Positions 13,431-27,583 of a stretch of DNA of 64,000 bases are shown here, one piece after another. This DNA is from Camelus dromedarius (taxonomy: Eukaryota): assembly GCF_036321535.1 (NCBI RefSeq), contig NC_087436.1:60452001-60516000 (forward strand). Reading direction: 5' to 3'. A program made the position numbers and the translations under genes. Numbering within the stretch: position 1 is the stretch's first letter; each line of letters opens with the position of its first letter. Below the pieces are notes generated by a model. That model saw only the letters and a list, made by a program, of their open reading frames with translations, did no database searches and had not been told where the DNA came from.

Positions 13431-15819
13431 TATCAGTAATAATACCTATTTTATCTCTACCTTTGTATATCACTAAGCAAAATCTCCAGCCTAGGGTGGA
13501 GAATTAAACCATCCATTTAAGAAATACGTCCTTGGGTGAACACAATAACTCATTTTTGAATTGAAGACATAAGTTAGTTGAAAGCAATATTTTTTAAATT
13601 AAATTGTCCATAGGAACTTTTACAGAAAAGAATCCAGAGACTACACTGAATCATAGGAAAGAAAAAATATATTAAAATCTCAAAAATTAATTGATGTAGA
13701 ACATGTTTATAATAAAAATTTATCTGTGAAAGTGGAAAACCATCCAATATTTTACAATCCATCATATCTGTGAAGGTGGAAAAACAAGTCTAGTTGCAGG
13801 AAGTTGCAGAGATCAATCCATATATTATGAAAACTTTATATGGTGACTTGGATATCTTAGAATTTTCAAATCCCTTTTGCCTCAAACTTAAAGGACATGG
13901 ATAAATTTACTATCAGTCAGCATATGATTGTTGGGGAAAGAGGAGAAAATGATTAAGATTCAGTCTCTTTTGTTCTGTTCAGGTTCAGTAACTGGAAAAT
14001 GACACAAAATCATATTTTTCTGATATTTGAAAGATAGGGTTATAAGCCTCAAATAATTTTGAACGTGCTCTACACCAACTGGTTTGCTATTGAAGAATGT
14101 TTAATAAAGGTAAAACAACACATACATAAAGAGAAAGAGAGTTGCTATCATTGATTTTGTGCTAAGAAGGGAGAGAAACATTTAGTTTTTATAAAAACAC
14201 ATGTGTAAACTTTAGGGAAATATTTGAAAGAAAAATTGAAGGCTTTGTAAAAATCCTGACAGATTTTATTGCCAAGTCTTCATGTGACCTAAATCAAATG
14301 CTGCTTTGTAAATGTGTTGTAATAATATTGGAACTAAGATGTAACATTTCTAATTGTAATGTGTGGAATAAATGCTTATTTGAAAGAACCCTGGGCCTCC
14401 ACTATCCCTGCTGGGGCCATTTGCATTTTTCTGTACTGTTATCACCTGGCCTGCTTTTTCCATTTTCTTTTCTCTAGCTATTTCATGTAAAGTTTAAACA
14501 TACTTAAGCTTTATGTAGACAGCTAAGCCCTCTATGATTTAAAAAAAAAAAAAAAACAGATCTGTGATTTAGACGATAGTATAACAAATTAGTTGCATTA
14601 ATATTAACAATAATAAAAATATACCAATGCATTATTTTTGAGCCTCTTCATTTAAAGTTACAGACAGTATAGAAAGCAAGATGCTTATAATTACAATTAA
14701 CTGCTCAATTCTCTAATACTTAAGAAGATCAAATATTTTAAAACAGGTAGATTCAGGGCAAAGTGATATGAACAGTAAAATAGTCATTACTCTTAAAGAA
14801 ATACCACTGAGTTTGAGTATTGGTGCAAACCAACCAACTGCAAAAACACATTTGGGAAAATCAGGGGAAATGTGGTTATGGACTGAGTATTAGAAAAACA
14901 GGAATAATCTGATATATTTACACATGATAATGGTTTTGTAGTTACATAAGAATATGGCTTTATTTTTATAGAGATTCATTTATATTGGTAGAGATACAAA
15001 TTAAAATTTAGGGATGCAATGACTAGATGTGGAATTCTTCAATAAAGGAAAAAAGAATAAAAACCAGAATTTTGTCAAAATCTTGATACTCATTTGGATA
15101 TACGGCATGTGGGAGTTCATTTTATTATTATTTTTCCAGTATTTTGTTATTTTTTGTTACTTTTTAACTTTTTATTGAAATATATACTCAGTTTACAATG
15201 TTGTGTCCTTACCTTAGGCGTGTACTCAGGCTGTTCCTTCTGCCAGGAGCACTCTTCCGCAAATAGCCACATAGCCTGCTCCCCTACTCCTCCGGTCTTT
15301 CCTTATTTGTCATGCCACTGAGGCGTTCTCTGGTTATTTAGTTTTATGAATTTAATTTTGCTATTTTTTAATTGAGGTGTAATCAACAAATACAATTGTA
15401 AGATATTTAAAGTGTACAATGTGTTTAAAATAACAACACTCACCTGCTCTGCCCTAGTAATTTTTATCTGTTTCCTTACTGTAATCTTATTATTATCTCG
15501 TATATTATACAATATACTTACAATATTGTATGTTGTTGGCCCCCTCCCAACAAAAATGTAAATTCTATGAAGGCACTTTAATATTTCCAGTATTGTTGGC
15601 CAAATTAACAGGGCAGATTCTGAAACATAAAAGAGTAGAAATACAGCAATTGTTATATTTTTTACCAATGGTTAGTAGACAAGAATTTGGAGAATGGGAG
15701 AGGGTATTGAAGGAAGAAGGGCAGTGTTGCGAACATGGTTCATCCCAGACAGGCTGGAAGCACAGAAACATTCTCCTGGATCAAAAATATCTCAGACAAG
15801 TTTCACACCGTAAGATTAC

Positions 15820-17280
15820 ATCTGAGAAATATTTTGGCTAGGTGTAGAGTTCTAGGTTAATAGTTTTTTTCTTTTGGTACTGTAAAGATGTTACTCCAAG
15901 GTCTTCTAGCCTTCATTTTGTATCGTTTCTGACAAAAATAAATCTACTGAGATGCTTATCTTTGTCCTCCTATTCAGAAGTATCTGTTCCTTGGCTGCTT
16001 TTAAATTTTTTTCTTTATTTCTAGTTAAAAGTGATTTGATAATGATATGCATTGGCATATTTCTCACATTTTCTATGCTTGTGATTCTTGGATCTGTGGG
16101 TTTAAAGTTTTCATCAAGTTTAGGGGAAAATGACCATTATTTCTTCAAATACATGTATATGTATATTTTTCTTTTGTCACCTTTGAGGATCCCAACAGTA
16201 CATACATTTGGCTACTTGAAATTATGCCACTGTTCATTGAGGCTTTGTTAAATTTTTTTTCAATTATTTTTGAATCTGTCTTTCATTATGGATAATTTCT
16301 GTTACTATGTCTTCAAGTTGACTCATCTTTTCTTTTGCAATGTTTTCTCTGCCATTATTTCCATTCAGTGTATTTTCCATTTTAGATATTGTTTACTTGG
16401 GGATCTTTTTTATATACGATGTTTAATCTTACCTCTAGATTGACCATATTGACCATTTTAATATAGTTAAAATTATTTGGTGTCTTTCGCTACTAAATCT
16501 GTCTTCTGCACCATTTCAGGATCATTTTAATTGATTTGCTTTTTCAATATTATTTTTTCCCTTTATTTTTGCATGCCTGGTAAATTTCAGTAGTATGCCA
16601 GACATCGTGAATTTTTCCATGTTGAATTCCTTTAGATATTCTTCAGCATTGTTCTGGGATATGGCTAAGCTACTTGGAAACAGTGTGTTCATTTCAGTTC
16701 TTACTTCTGATCTTTGTGAGGCAAAACCAGAGAAGCATTTAGTTGACCGCTGAGGCAAGACCATTCCTGGTACTCTGACACCTTGTGAAACGGGTTTTCC
16801 ACACTCTGGGTATTAGGAACAGGCACTATTCTTGGCCCTATGCAATCTTAGGAGTTTGTTTCCTCTAAATCTTCTGCATGGTTTTTCCCCTGGCCTCAGT
16901 TACATATTCTTTAGTACACAGATTCTTGAGCATAGTCCTTGGCAGAACACTGGAGTTTTCTCTTTGTGCAGGTCTCTTCTCTCTAGTACTCTGCCCTGCA
17001 AACTCGAGCCACCCATGCTCTCCAGTTTCCCAGTTCCATTTACTTAACTCAAAGATAACCCTCAGCTCCCTATGCCATGGTCTGGACCCTTTCTCTAGGT
17101 AGAAATCTGAGACAACCTTAGGGCTCACCTCATTTGTTCCTCATATATCGGTGATCACTGTTGCCTGAAGTTCAAAGTCCAGAAAGCTATTGTTTCATAA
17201 TTTTTTTCTTATTTTTTAGTTGTATCGACAATAGGATAGAGCCTATCCCTGTTACTCTATCTTGGATGGAATCAAAAGTT
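15820..17280 (-). mobile_element. Ancient LINE-1 ORF1/5' region remnant
   Basis: T-rich; ggctaggtgtagagttctaggtt, tatgtcttcaagttgactcatcttttcttttgcaatg, typical antisense L1M ORF1 text. Confidence 0.7.
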
Positions 17281-18941
17281 TGCTATTTTTATTTCCTTTG
17301 GGGTTTAGATCTGCTTAAAAGATGTAAGACTGAGGACTTGTTTAAACATTTGGATTTGTATACTAATTTGTTGGGTTATATTTAAAATACTCTAAAATCA
17401 ATTCATTATTATGAAAAAGTTACTACTAATGAATCTTATACAGACTTAAACATGAAAAGAAAATAATCTTCATGAAGTCTTTCCTTATGTGAGCTATCAG
17501 TAGTGCCAAGGAGATAAACATATTTCTTCATTCTGGAAAAAAGTGGGACTTTTCTATTTTTTTTACCATTTAGAGCACTCTTAGAATAACTATAGATAAG
17601 AATCTAATTCTAAAAGTAGTTTTACAATTCCACTTGTAAATGTAATGATGTTAGAAAAGACTCTGACTCAAGTCAAGTTGAAATTACCTACTATGGAATT
17701 TTAAACTATCTCTTTGTACAACAGCATAAAGTAACTCAAATTCTCACTCAAACTAATGATCCTTAAATTGTTTAGAACTTTCCTGGAATAGCAATAGTTA
17801 TTTAATAAGCTGATTTTGCTGTTATCAGTACATAAGATCTTCTGGCAATTAAAAGCAAAAACTATAGCAATAAAACACATACTCACATAAAAAATCTTTT
17901 TAATTTCTTATTTTCTTGCAGATAAATAATTAAGAATACACTTATGTTTTACAGAAATTATTTTACATAAAAATTTTAAATATCTTTAGTGAATTAGTAA
18001 AGACATTCCTTAGTTTTGTCTGCTTATATAATATTAATCACATAGAATATTTGAAAATTTCTGATATTTAACAAAGGGAAAATTACATAATTCACATTAT
18101 TAAGCAAGTTGAATATTTTAAAATATTTAATTTTATTCTTCCATGTCTAAAATATGTGTTTATGTGTTTCTATGGTTACATAATCATTCATAATTGTTTA
18201 TGTTCCTTGTTTGGAACAAAAAACTATTCTCATCTTTAACATTCGTATACAAATTAAGATTTATTGTATTTTGAAATACTCCTTATTACCCTTATTATCT
18301 CCTGTAGGTAGTATTTTGCTTTTCATTTTTAGTTCATTTTCACTGAACTAAGTATCTTTTAAAATAGTTGCTAACTTTTAATTAGATACTTACATAATTA
18401 TATTTATAGCAATTTCAAAGCTATGACACATATTATACAATATAAAGGAAATCATGCATGCAACTGAATCCAAATTTAGAAATATAGTGTGAATAAAGCA
18501 CCATATTTTTCTTTCTTTAATGGATTGATAACATGGGTTAAATTGATCCTTTGTTATTTTTTTAAAAATTAGCTAAGAAATTGTAGCTTTAAGGCACATG
18601 CAATTTTGTTTTTAAACAACAGATGGCAGTATCAAATTCTAGATTCACTTTACAATTTTTGTCCTTTTTTTTCTTTTTTAATCTTTTTATTTTTAAGCTC
18701 ATGATGATTGTCAGCTTCAGAAACACAATTATCTTGAATTCAGGAAATACGGTTTTACTGACATTCAGTCTTGAAGAAAAATGTTTGCAGTATCTTGAAT
18801 AAAATACTGTTCTTTCAGAATTAATAACTAACAATAGTTGAAAAGCTGGTGGATCAAATTTTAGGGGCATTAACATCAAAACAAATGAAATCAAACTCAT
18901 AATCTAATTGGTCATGCTAAAAGTACTGAAACACTCCACTC

Positions 18942-19035
18942 CTTTTTCTTTTTTTTTTTTTTTAATTATCATTGAAGTATAGTCGGTTACAATGTGTCAG
19001 TTTCTGGTGTACAGCATAACGTCCCAGTCATGCAT
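18942..19035 (-). mobile_element. Short young LINE-1 3' tail with poly(A)
   Basis: Poly-T then attgaagtatagtcggttacaatgtgtcagtttctggtgtacagcataa, same 3'-end family as 22360 and 38150. Confidence 0.75.
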
Positions 19036-20404
19036 GTATTTCATAAAGCAGGGTATCTCCTCTGAGCATCAGTAGAGATTAGGATGGCCCATGCGGGAAA
19101 AGACCAAACTGAAGTTCACTAGGACCAAGTAGCCACTGGGAAGCCCAAAGCCCGATAGTCACGTAGATCTTAAAAGGTGAAATCAAGTATAAAATATGCC
19201 CAGTTGCCTTTTTCTTTCAAGAACTATAATCTAGGGTAGAAGATATGGGGAAAGAGCTGAAGAGAAGGAAGAAAGATGAAAAAAAGTTTGTCCTCACAGA
19301 CGGGGGACAGTCCAGTCTGGTAGAAGAACAGATACATTTATTGCAGAATTTTACCATGCACGTGAGTTCTTTGGTAGAGGAGTTTAAAGTCAGCAACTGT
19401 ATCCTGTTAGCCCCTGTATTCTAGTCCATTCTGGAGCTGCCAGCCAGCACTAGACGGAGAGTGGCCAGTGCAAGGTGCTTCTCTGTCACCTGTTCTGGTA
19501 CATCCCACTGCCAGGGATCCCAGTGACGTTCTGTTGTGCCAGGTGTTTTTCTTACAACAACGTTTTGGGAATTTAGCCTGAAATAGTCTCTTGAATAATG
19601 ATCATGATTATAGTTATCCTATTTCTCTTGTCCTTTTTCTGTAAAAACACACTTTCCTTCCCCATTTTCTTTATCCCTCCAAAGTCAGCTGTCATCTATC
19701 TCTGTTCTCATCACTTAGCAAAGTATTAATGTGTTTATCTTTTTCCATTTCCTAACTCATTCTTTTCAAATTCTTACTATACTTGACAAAATAGATTTTG
19801 AGTATGACTAAACTGTTTTAATCCCACTTAATGTATTGCTTCTACTTTTCTATCAGAATACCTCTGCGTGTATAGCTTAAAAGAGACCCCACTGCAGTTT
19901 ATATAGTCACTGTCTTCACTTCTCTCCTGAATTTGTATAAACGGCTTGTTCAGTGACTTTACTCTAAAACAGAGTACATTTGCTCTTCTGATTTAGTAGC
20001 ATCTATTTTATCTATTTTCTCAGAATTGAAACACAAAAAGCCTTAAGTAAATCACTCCCCGCTCCTGGTTGTGCAGTACTCCAGGCTACTATTATCGTGG
20101 GATGTCATGATGTTTTCTGAAACAAACCAGCAAATGAACCAACAAACCAAGACAAAACTCAGTAGAGTCTAAGGTGGCTTGGGAGCTCTTGGAATGGGGG
20201 TAGGGCTGACAGCACTGACACAGTTGCTGGGGTCCTGTTAGCAATCTATAATCCACCAAGAAAATAAGAGCAGTAGCAGAGGTAGCAAATTCAGGTGTTC
20301 ATAAGCAACAAATAAGTAAGTACATGAATGAAAGAAGATCAATTTTCCTTGAAAAATGTAGATATCTAATGCTATCTTTTCTATTTCCACTCTGCATAGA
20401 GATG

Positions 20405-20830
20405 CGGAGCATTAGGATTCCTTTCAACTGCAAACAATAGAAACATGCAAAATAACAATGACTTAAGTAAAATAGAAATGATTTCTCTCTTGTGGAGAAA
20501 TTCAGAGACAGTCAAGTTATGGGATGGCAACTCTGTTCCAGAAAGTTCTCAAAGACAAAGCTACATCTAATCCACGGCACTGCCATCTCTAGTGTATGTC
20601 CTCATGGTCCAAAACGGCAGTAAGCATCAAAGCACAAAGCAATAAAAAGCACAGCATCTTATCTGTGTTTCAGGAAGTAGAATGAAGAAATGTATAAAGG
20701 AGAGAAGGAGGCAAATGTGTGCACCAGCTGTCTTTTAAGGAAGGTTCTGGAAGCTGTCATGTGACATTTATCTTAACATTTAATTGTCCAGAACTTAATC
20801 TCATATCACACAAAGCTGCAAAAGACTATA
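20405..20830. mobile_element. Old MaLR (MLT1J/K-like) LTR remnant
   Basis: ttaggattcctttcaactgcaaacaatagaaac...aataacaatgacttaag and gaacttaatctcatatcacaca motifs. Confidence 0.5.
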
Positions 20831-22355
20831 GGCAATTTCTCCACTCTGCCTGGACATTATCCCAGAGGTCTCAACACAGAGACCTATGTCACCAACATCA
20901 AAAAACCAGAGTGGAAGAACAAATGAGGTACTAATTGTCTCTCTCAGTTTTGGTTGTCGTGATCAAATCCAAATGAGTTTGATTGAAACTGCAAAAAGGG
21001 ACAATGGAGTGTACACTGTTGTTATGGTAACTGGAATAGTGGAAATATGTGCATTATTTTCACAGCATAAATGACACATTTCCAAGCATGTATTTTTAAA
21101 AATTGCTGCAGGGTTTGCTTAATAGCCACAGTATAAAGGAATATTTGTTTCTCTGTTGGCAAAAATCACACTTTTGACTAATTTGACCAATTTTTAGCTG
21201 CTCTGTAATTTGTCTGATTTTATTAAATTTTCATCTATTTTCACAGTGAGTAATTGGAAATAAAATTTAAAGGTCTAAACAGGAGAAATTTAAGTTTGAA
21301 TGTGTTGGTTGAACTACTTATAATTTTCATTTGCAATTCACTAACAAATAAGTCATTTCACTGGATTGAAGCCATCTCAAAGAGAGTGTGATCAATTGTA
21401 ATGTCATTAGGTATTTAAAGTAACCTGTGATTAAAGTTATGTTCTTATAGTCCACAAAATGTTACAGCCTATACACTGGGGCAAATTACATTTTATTTAT
21501 GACATGTACATGTATAAGATGTACATATGTATAAATGGATATAAAGTCGTGAAAAGTAAGACAAGTTTTAAACATTTGATCATGTTGAAACTTCCAGATT
21601 TCAAAAATAAAATTTTAAATATTTAGTTTTTTTATAAATGCCCCATAGTTATAAGATGTTAACGTTAAGGGAAACTGAATAAAAGATATACAGGAACCCT
21701 CTCTAATTTACAGCTCTCTTGTAAATCTCATGTTATTTCAAAATAAAAAATAACTTTAAATGTCCAGTCTTTAAATATATTTGAAATGTTTATTCAAAGT
21801 TTTATTAGTATTACAGTGAATATATTAATAATATTACACACAGAAAGACAGGGAAATTGTTTGAATATGACTGTTTTAAGTCATTCACATTCAGCCTTAT
21901 CAACTTTATCTTAATCGGAATATATGGCTTTCCAACTTTGATACATGGTTACACTCAATATTTAAATTAAATAGCAGGAGGATTGAGATGGTCAGGACTC
22001 ACTACGTGTCAGGAAATGATAAAGTTCCACAGCCTCTTTGCACCTGCTCCAGTTTGTCTTAGAGAAAACACATCCTACATTCGTGAGCAGTGATCTCGAA
22101 AGGCAAGTGCGGAAGGAAGTGTGTATCCCAGTGATTCATTAAAATGTTATAAAAAGAAAAACAAATTCAGCTCTCCTCATAACCCAAGTTTTTTCCTACC
22201 TTCTTTTTCACAATTAAAGCTACCTCCATTTTCCCAGATGCTGAAGAGAAAAACTTAACGCAGAAATGTATGATTTGTGTTGCTGAGATACAGATTTGTT
22301 GTTTACATTCAACCTCTCCTTTCCATTAAACCCTCTAGTCAGCTTGCTTTTTAAA

Positions 22356-22575
22356 ATTTTTTTTTAATTAAAAACTTATTGAAGTATAGTTGATTTACAA
22401 TATTGTGTTAGTTTCTGGTGTGCAGTAAAGTGATTCAGTTACACACACACACATATATATATATTTTCATATTCTTTTCCATTATGGTTTGTTACAAGAT
22501 ACTGATCACCTCTAGGTCCACCCATGTTTCTGCAAATGGCATTATTGTGTTCTTTTTTATGGCTGAGTAATATTC

Positions 22576-22627
<52 letters not shown>

Positions 22628-23055
22628 CCACACACATACACACACACACCATATCTTCTTTATCTAGTTATCTGTCAGTGGACATTTAGGTTGCTTCCAT
22701 GTCTTGGCTATTGTAAACAGTGCTGCTATGAATATTGGAGTGCATGTATCTTTTTGAATTAGAGTTTTCTCCAGATATATGCTCAGGAGTGAGATTGGTG
22801 GATCATATGGTAAATCTATTTTTATTTTTTTAAAGAACCTCCATACTGTCCTCCATAGGGGCTGAACCAAACTACATTCCCACCAGTAGTGTAGGAGGGT
22901 TTCCTTTTCTCCATACCCTCTCCAGCATTTATTATTTGAAGAAATTTAATGATGGCCATTTTGACCTGTGTGAGGTGATACCTTGTTGTAGCTTTGATTT
23001 GCCTTTTTCTAATAATTAGCGATGTTGAATGTCTTTTCACATGCCTGTTGTCCAT
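22356..23055 (-). mobile_element. LINE-1 3' end with ORF2 C-terminus remnant
   Basis: Track peptides 22664-23055 (IKATTRYHLTQVKMAII; VQPLWRTVWRFFKKIKIDLPYDPPI...TCTPIFIAALFTIAKTWKQPKCP) are L1 ORF2p C-terminal; frameshifted. Confidence 0.95.
22579..22648. repeat. (TA)n-(CA)n compound microsatellite inside the L1
   Basis: Direct reading. Confidence 0.95.
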
Positions 23056-23988
23056 CGAGTTCAGCTTGCTCTTGATGTGAATTGTTTCACATCTGCCCCT
23101 GAATGGTCTCTACCTTTTATTGTTGTTCACACAGTTCATTCCGTGCAGCACCATCAGTTTTTGGTGTGCCCATCAATATTTTTGGACCTTCTCACCCACC
23201 CCCACCTTCCCACCCCTGAGACACACACACTTACACACAAACATATTTAAGGATTTTAAGGCCCAACATTGAACTTTGGTACTCAGTTCTATTCAGTTCA
23301 ACAAATTTAAGCATATTTTACTCCAGGCTATGAACTAAACACTTTTTCTCACGAAGAATTAATACCAAACTCCTGCACTTGCAGAAACAGTGGGGAAATT
23401 GGTCATCTAACATTGTACTTTTTTGTATTGTCCAAAATTAGTCTATTTTAATACAAATGGATGATGAGTTTTCTAGATCTACTCTACATGTCCCTTTTCT
23501 CTTCACTTAAAATGCCTCCCCTTTCTCTATTATTTTCTTTACAATTATCCATCAAGATAGATCTGAAGGGCTCTCTGTTGTGAATTTTTCCATTAACCAT
23601 ACAGCAACAAATGATCTCCTCATTTTCTATTAAAGAAAATTTAATTAAACAATTACCACATGCCTCTTAAGTTCCGAGACACAAGAGACTTGCCTTTGCA
23701 GTTCCCTAATACCATTGATCTAATGCTACTTACAGAATTACAAACAATCCTGCGTCAGCTGCCTGTGAAGGAACACTAGCTTCTAAGGACTCTCTAAGAT
23801 TCTTACTATGTTTTGTCAGTGAGGCCCTGCAAGTCTTTGCATGTGCAGGGAAATGTGAACAACAGTTGCCTTCTCCCTCACGGTAAAGTTATTGTTCGGA
23901 ATTTTGTATTGTGACCTTAGAACAACATACCTTTCAGTTATGTCTTCTCTTGAACTCTTGAGGCTATGACCACTAAATTCCAGAGTGT

Positions 23989-24026
23989 GATCTCCTTCAA
24001 TATTGATCTCCTTCAATATTGATCTC
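23989..24026. repeat. 16-nt tandem duplication (gatctccttcaatatt x2.4)
   Basis: Direct reading, perfect copies. Confidence 0.9.
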
Positions 24027-24043
24027 ATCCTGCCTCCTACACA

Positions 24044-24441
24044 TGTAAACGAAACAGGTCACCTGCCATATCAGCAGACAAAGGATGTTGTAGCCACCAA
24101 GCCATCCCAAAGGTGCACCCTGAGGGGATTCAAGAAGCCATTCAGGCCCTAGATAGTTAAGGTGTATATCAAAAGCATGATTTCAATGCGCCCAGACCCT
24201 CGCATCTTCCCACACAAAGAATTCATTAACTTGAGAAGTCTCGTTTCTTTAATTAACAGTAATCTTTTGAGGTCCTGACTACGTTGATTTTGTTGCAAAA
24301 ACTTCTGTATATCCTGGCTCCTCCCTTACCTCCTTCAAGCAGTCCCTCAGAGATATCTGAGAGGCTGCCTCCTGGGCTTAAGTCCTCAGAATAAAACTTA
24401 ATTCTCAGTTTCTAGGTTGTGCATTTTTTTTCCAGTCAACA
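24044..24441 (+). mobile_element. Solo ERV LTR (~400 bp)
   Basis: TGTAAAC...GTCAACA termini; flanks caca/cacc as a near 4-bp TSD; tgtatat TATA-like at ~24306 and AATAAA at ~24390. Confidence 0.75.
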
Positions 24442-25432
24442 CACCACTGCTGGAGGGGAGGATTGGGGAGGAGCCTGGATAGAGCAAGAACAGCAGTCAC
24501 ATTTGTACAAAAATGTCTATTCTCAATTCTAGCTTCATTTAAGACCATGAGAACATAACTTCACTATATTGAGGAGAAGCAAGGGAGAACATCAGAGAGA
24601 CCCATAGGCGATGTAGAGTAAATGTCTTAAAAGCCCTCAGCAGAGGTAGGTGCGGCTACCCTGTAGGTATGGCTGATGAGTGGCATGGAGCCTGCAGTGA
24701 GTGACCCAATGGCTGTAGGACACACGGGGCAAAGGATGTCTTCCAGCCCTTCTGCATCTCCTAGTGCTATAGACCAGAGATGGCATCCTGAAGGAAACAC
24801 GGATAGGTGAGAGTGCTTACAAGAGCTCAGACATATGGTGCAAGCCCCAAGTACCAGCCATAGTTGGTTGCTAGCCCACAGCCTTGAACTGGACCTATGT
24901 CCAGTATGAGTGGGTCACCTGAGTAGGCATATCAGCAAGATCCTGACTGCCCAGTTGTGCACAGTCTCACTAAAGAAATACTTCTCCAGCAAGTAGGAAG
25001 TGATCCATTGGGTAGAGTGCCCTCCTGGACCTGTCTTGACCATAGGGCTCCAGAACCAAGCTGTAAAAGTGAGCCCCAGGATTTTTAGGAGCATCTGGTT
25101 AACTCCACATGGACCAGGACTAGAAGGTTGGAGAGGAAGAAGGGACAAGCCAATGATATCCTTTTCTAGGTTGTGAGCACCCCTTCTGGAAAGCTCTGCT
25201 GATCTGACAGGTCCCAGCCCTGGAGGGAGAAGAATTTAGAAAATTTTGAGGGAGGCACTCAAAGTGTGGCAGGGTTAGGGGTACAGAGTTCGTCGTGAAG
25301 AAATTTTTAGAAACTTTAAATAGACTTCCCCTGTAGCTGGTATCCAGCCCCTGTAGCCATCTCCCTTTCTCTGCTCATATCTAGCTATCTGCCTGCTCTA
25401 AAAAACTTTAAAAACTTTAAAAAGCTTTCCCC

Positions 25433-26075
25433 TGTAGCCAGTGTCCTGGTTCTTTTCCCATCCCAGAAAGAATTCAGAGACAGGACATGGAGGTTAAGAA
25501 AGTAAAGTGGGGAATTATTAAGGGATGGAGAGTACACTCGTAAGGGGAGAGCGGGCAGGCGCAGGTGAGCAGGTGCCCTGAGTTTCTTTGGCAAGTTGGT
25601 TACATAGGGTGTAAAAATGAATGGGCAGAATATTCATTGAGGAGGGAAGGGTTTGGGGTCATATTCCCTGGTTTTCATCCTAACTCCACCTTCCTGAAGG
25701 GAGGAGGGATTTTTGTCCTTATTTAGTCTGAATCAGAAGTGTCATGGCATCGGTGCATGATGGGTACTTCTAATATGCAAGGCTGATTTTACTGAAATGA
25801 GGGCATAATGAGCAAGAGATTATATTTGGACACTGGAGATTCCTGCCTTTTCTCAACTTCCTTTGTCAGCCTCTAGGTCACTTGTCACCCCCAAAAGTGT
25901 GACTACTTATCAGCCCAGAGGTCCCTGCTTTTCTTTCTCTGCCCAGGGACCCCTGGTTCTTGTAAGATGTATGGTTCCCTGCATTTGGCCCAAGCCCCTC
26001 CTTTTTGCCCAATTCCTCCATTTGGCTTGCATCTCCCTTTCTCTGCTCATATCTAGCTATCTGCCTGTTGTAACA
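25433..26075 (-). mobile_element. Solo ERV1-class LTR (~640 bp)
   Basis: TGTAGCC...GTAACA termini; flanks cccc/tccc; minus-strand start tgttacaacaggcagatagctagatatgagcag typical of ERV1 LTRs. Confidence 0.8.
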
Positions 26076-27481
26076 TCCCAAGTGAAAAGAAAGTTTCTTT
26101 TCTTGAGGAAAAGTTGAGACAAACCTAATAATATATTTTCCCCAGTTTTAGCCATCTCCCCTGGACCAGAGAAAGCATTAGGGGAAGAATTCAGGAAAGT
26201 TTAGGGGTAATCCCTTCTTATAGAAGGAAACCCAAGGAATGTGGGAAAACCATTTGACCCTTACAATAGAGATGGCTACCTTTTCCTTCAGCCACAAAAA
26301 TGAAATTTAGGAAGCTCATACTCTTTTACTTGTACCCGCTAACACGTCGGTCTCAATAACCCAAAGTGAATCTCAAAGCTGTTTATATGTGATGAAGAGT
26401 GTTTCTGACATCCTCCCTACTTTCCAATCCTTGTTCTCTTCTGATCATCTTATGAATAATGCCTAAACAACTGGCTTACTTAAATCATGATTTTTAGCTC
26501 CCTTGCTGTCCTTTTGAAGGTACAAATACCTCAGTCAAACATGTTCACTTCCTATGTCAACATAAAGTGTGATGATTTGAAAAGATACCTCACTGAAAAC
26601 CACCTGCAAAAGGCTAATTCTTCTTCTCTGCTTTAAATAATCTCTGGGTTATGACTGATTTCAGCCGCAAACCTCCCCTGACTTCTGAGAGGCAGTTAGC
26701 CTTCAAACTGGAGCTGGGAACACTGTCATGCATTCCTGAGATAATGCTCCCTGCTTCTCCACTTGAGATCTTTCCACAAACCCTATAAACAAAGTTACAG
26801 GAGGCTCTATTGTTGTCTAGGGAAAAAACTGTGGACTGTAAGAGTAAAATACACAGTGCTGTTTAAATATATAAATACTCGTAGCAGCTTAATGTGCATT
26901 TTATTGGACTAACAACACGCGGTAACACTGTGATACTGCCAAAACCCCCCTGGTATTTCGAAGCAGCAAACATTAGTGCTAGAAAAAGAGGAGCAGTAGC
27001 TCCTGGTTCTGTCCATGAGCCCATTGTGAATACATTGTCGTCTTCATTGCCTAACGCAGAACAGAAGAGTGTGTGGAAGAGAACAAGACTCTGGATCAGC
27101 CCAGCCAGGGTCCTTCACCCTAATCTATGGCTTTGTAATTCTGTTTCCTTATCTGCAAACTGAATATCATTATTAATACCCAACACAGTTCAGAGGATTG
27201 AGTGAGGTTAATTAATTTATAAAATGCTGCAGTCACTGCCTGAGCCTTAATAGGACATCAATAAACACTTCTTATTGATGTTTGTGATCTTTACTTTCAC
27301 TTGAGTGATGCAATCATTGTACATTTATAACTTACATATTTACAAGATTAGTATCAGGAAACACTAATTTTCATAAAATAGTCTGAAGCGCTAGAAAAAT
27401 TGAAATTAAAGTAGTGCAACTGACATTTACTTTAGCTTGTGCTTCCTTGACATCAGCCACTTGGACATCTGTCAGCTTAGT

Positions 27482-27583
27482 TCATTGGTTCTCCAGGTGT
27501 GCTTCCTGGGCCTGAAGGATCAGCACCACCTGGGGAATTAGTTACAAATGCATATTCTTTGGTCTTACCCCAGGCTGACTGAA
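27482..27583. mobile_element. MER5A-like hAT-Charlie fragment
   Basis: tggttctccaggtgtg...atcagcaccacctggggaattagttacaaatgcatattct. Confidence 0.65.

Noticed and set aside
13721..13783. Spaced 19-nt direct repeat tatctgtgaa(a/g)gtggaaaa, and a similar pair at ~29043-29106, as CRISPR-like arrays
   Set aside because: Only two copies each in mammalian DNA with no cas genes; ordinary local duplications
22664..23055. Intact or domesticated L1 ORF2 protein
   Set aside because: Only frameshifted C-terminal fragments of a 5'-truncated copy
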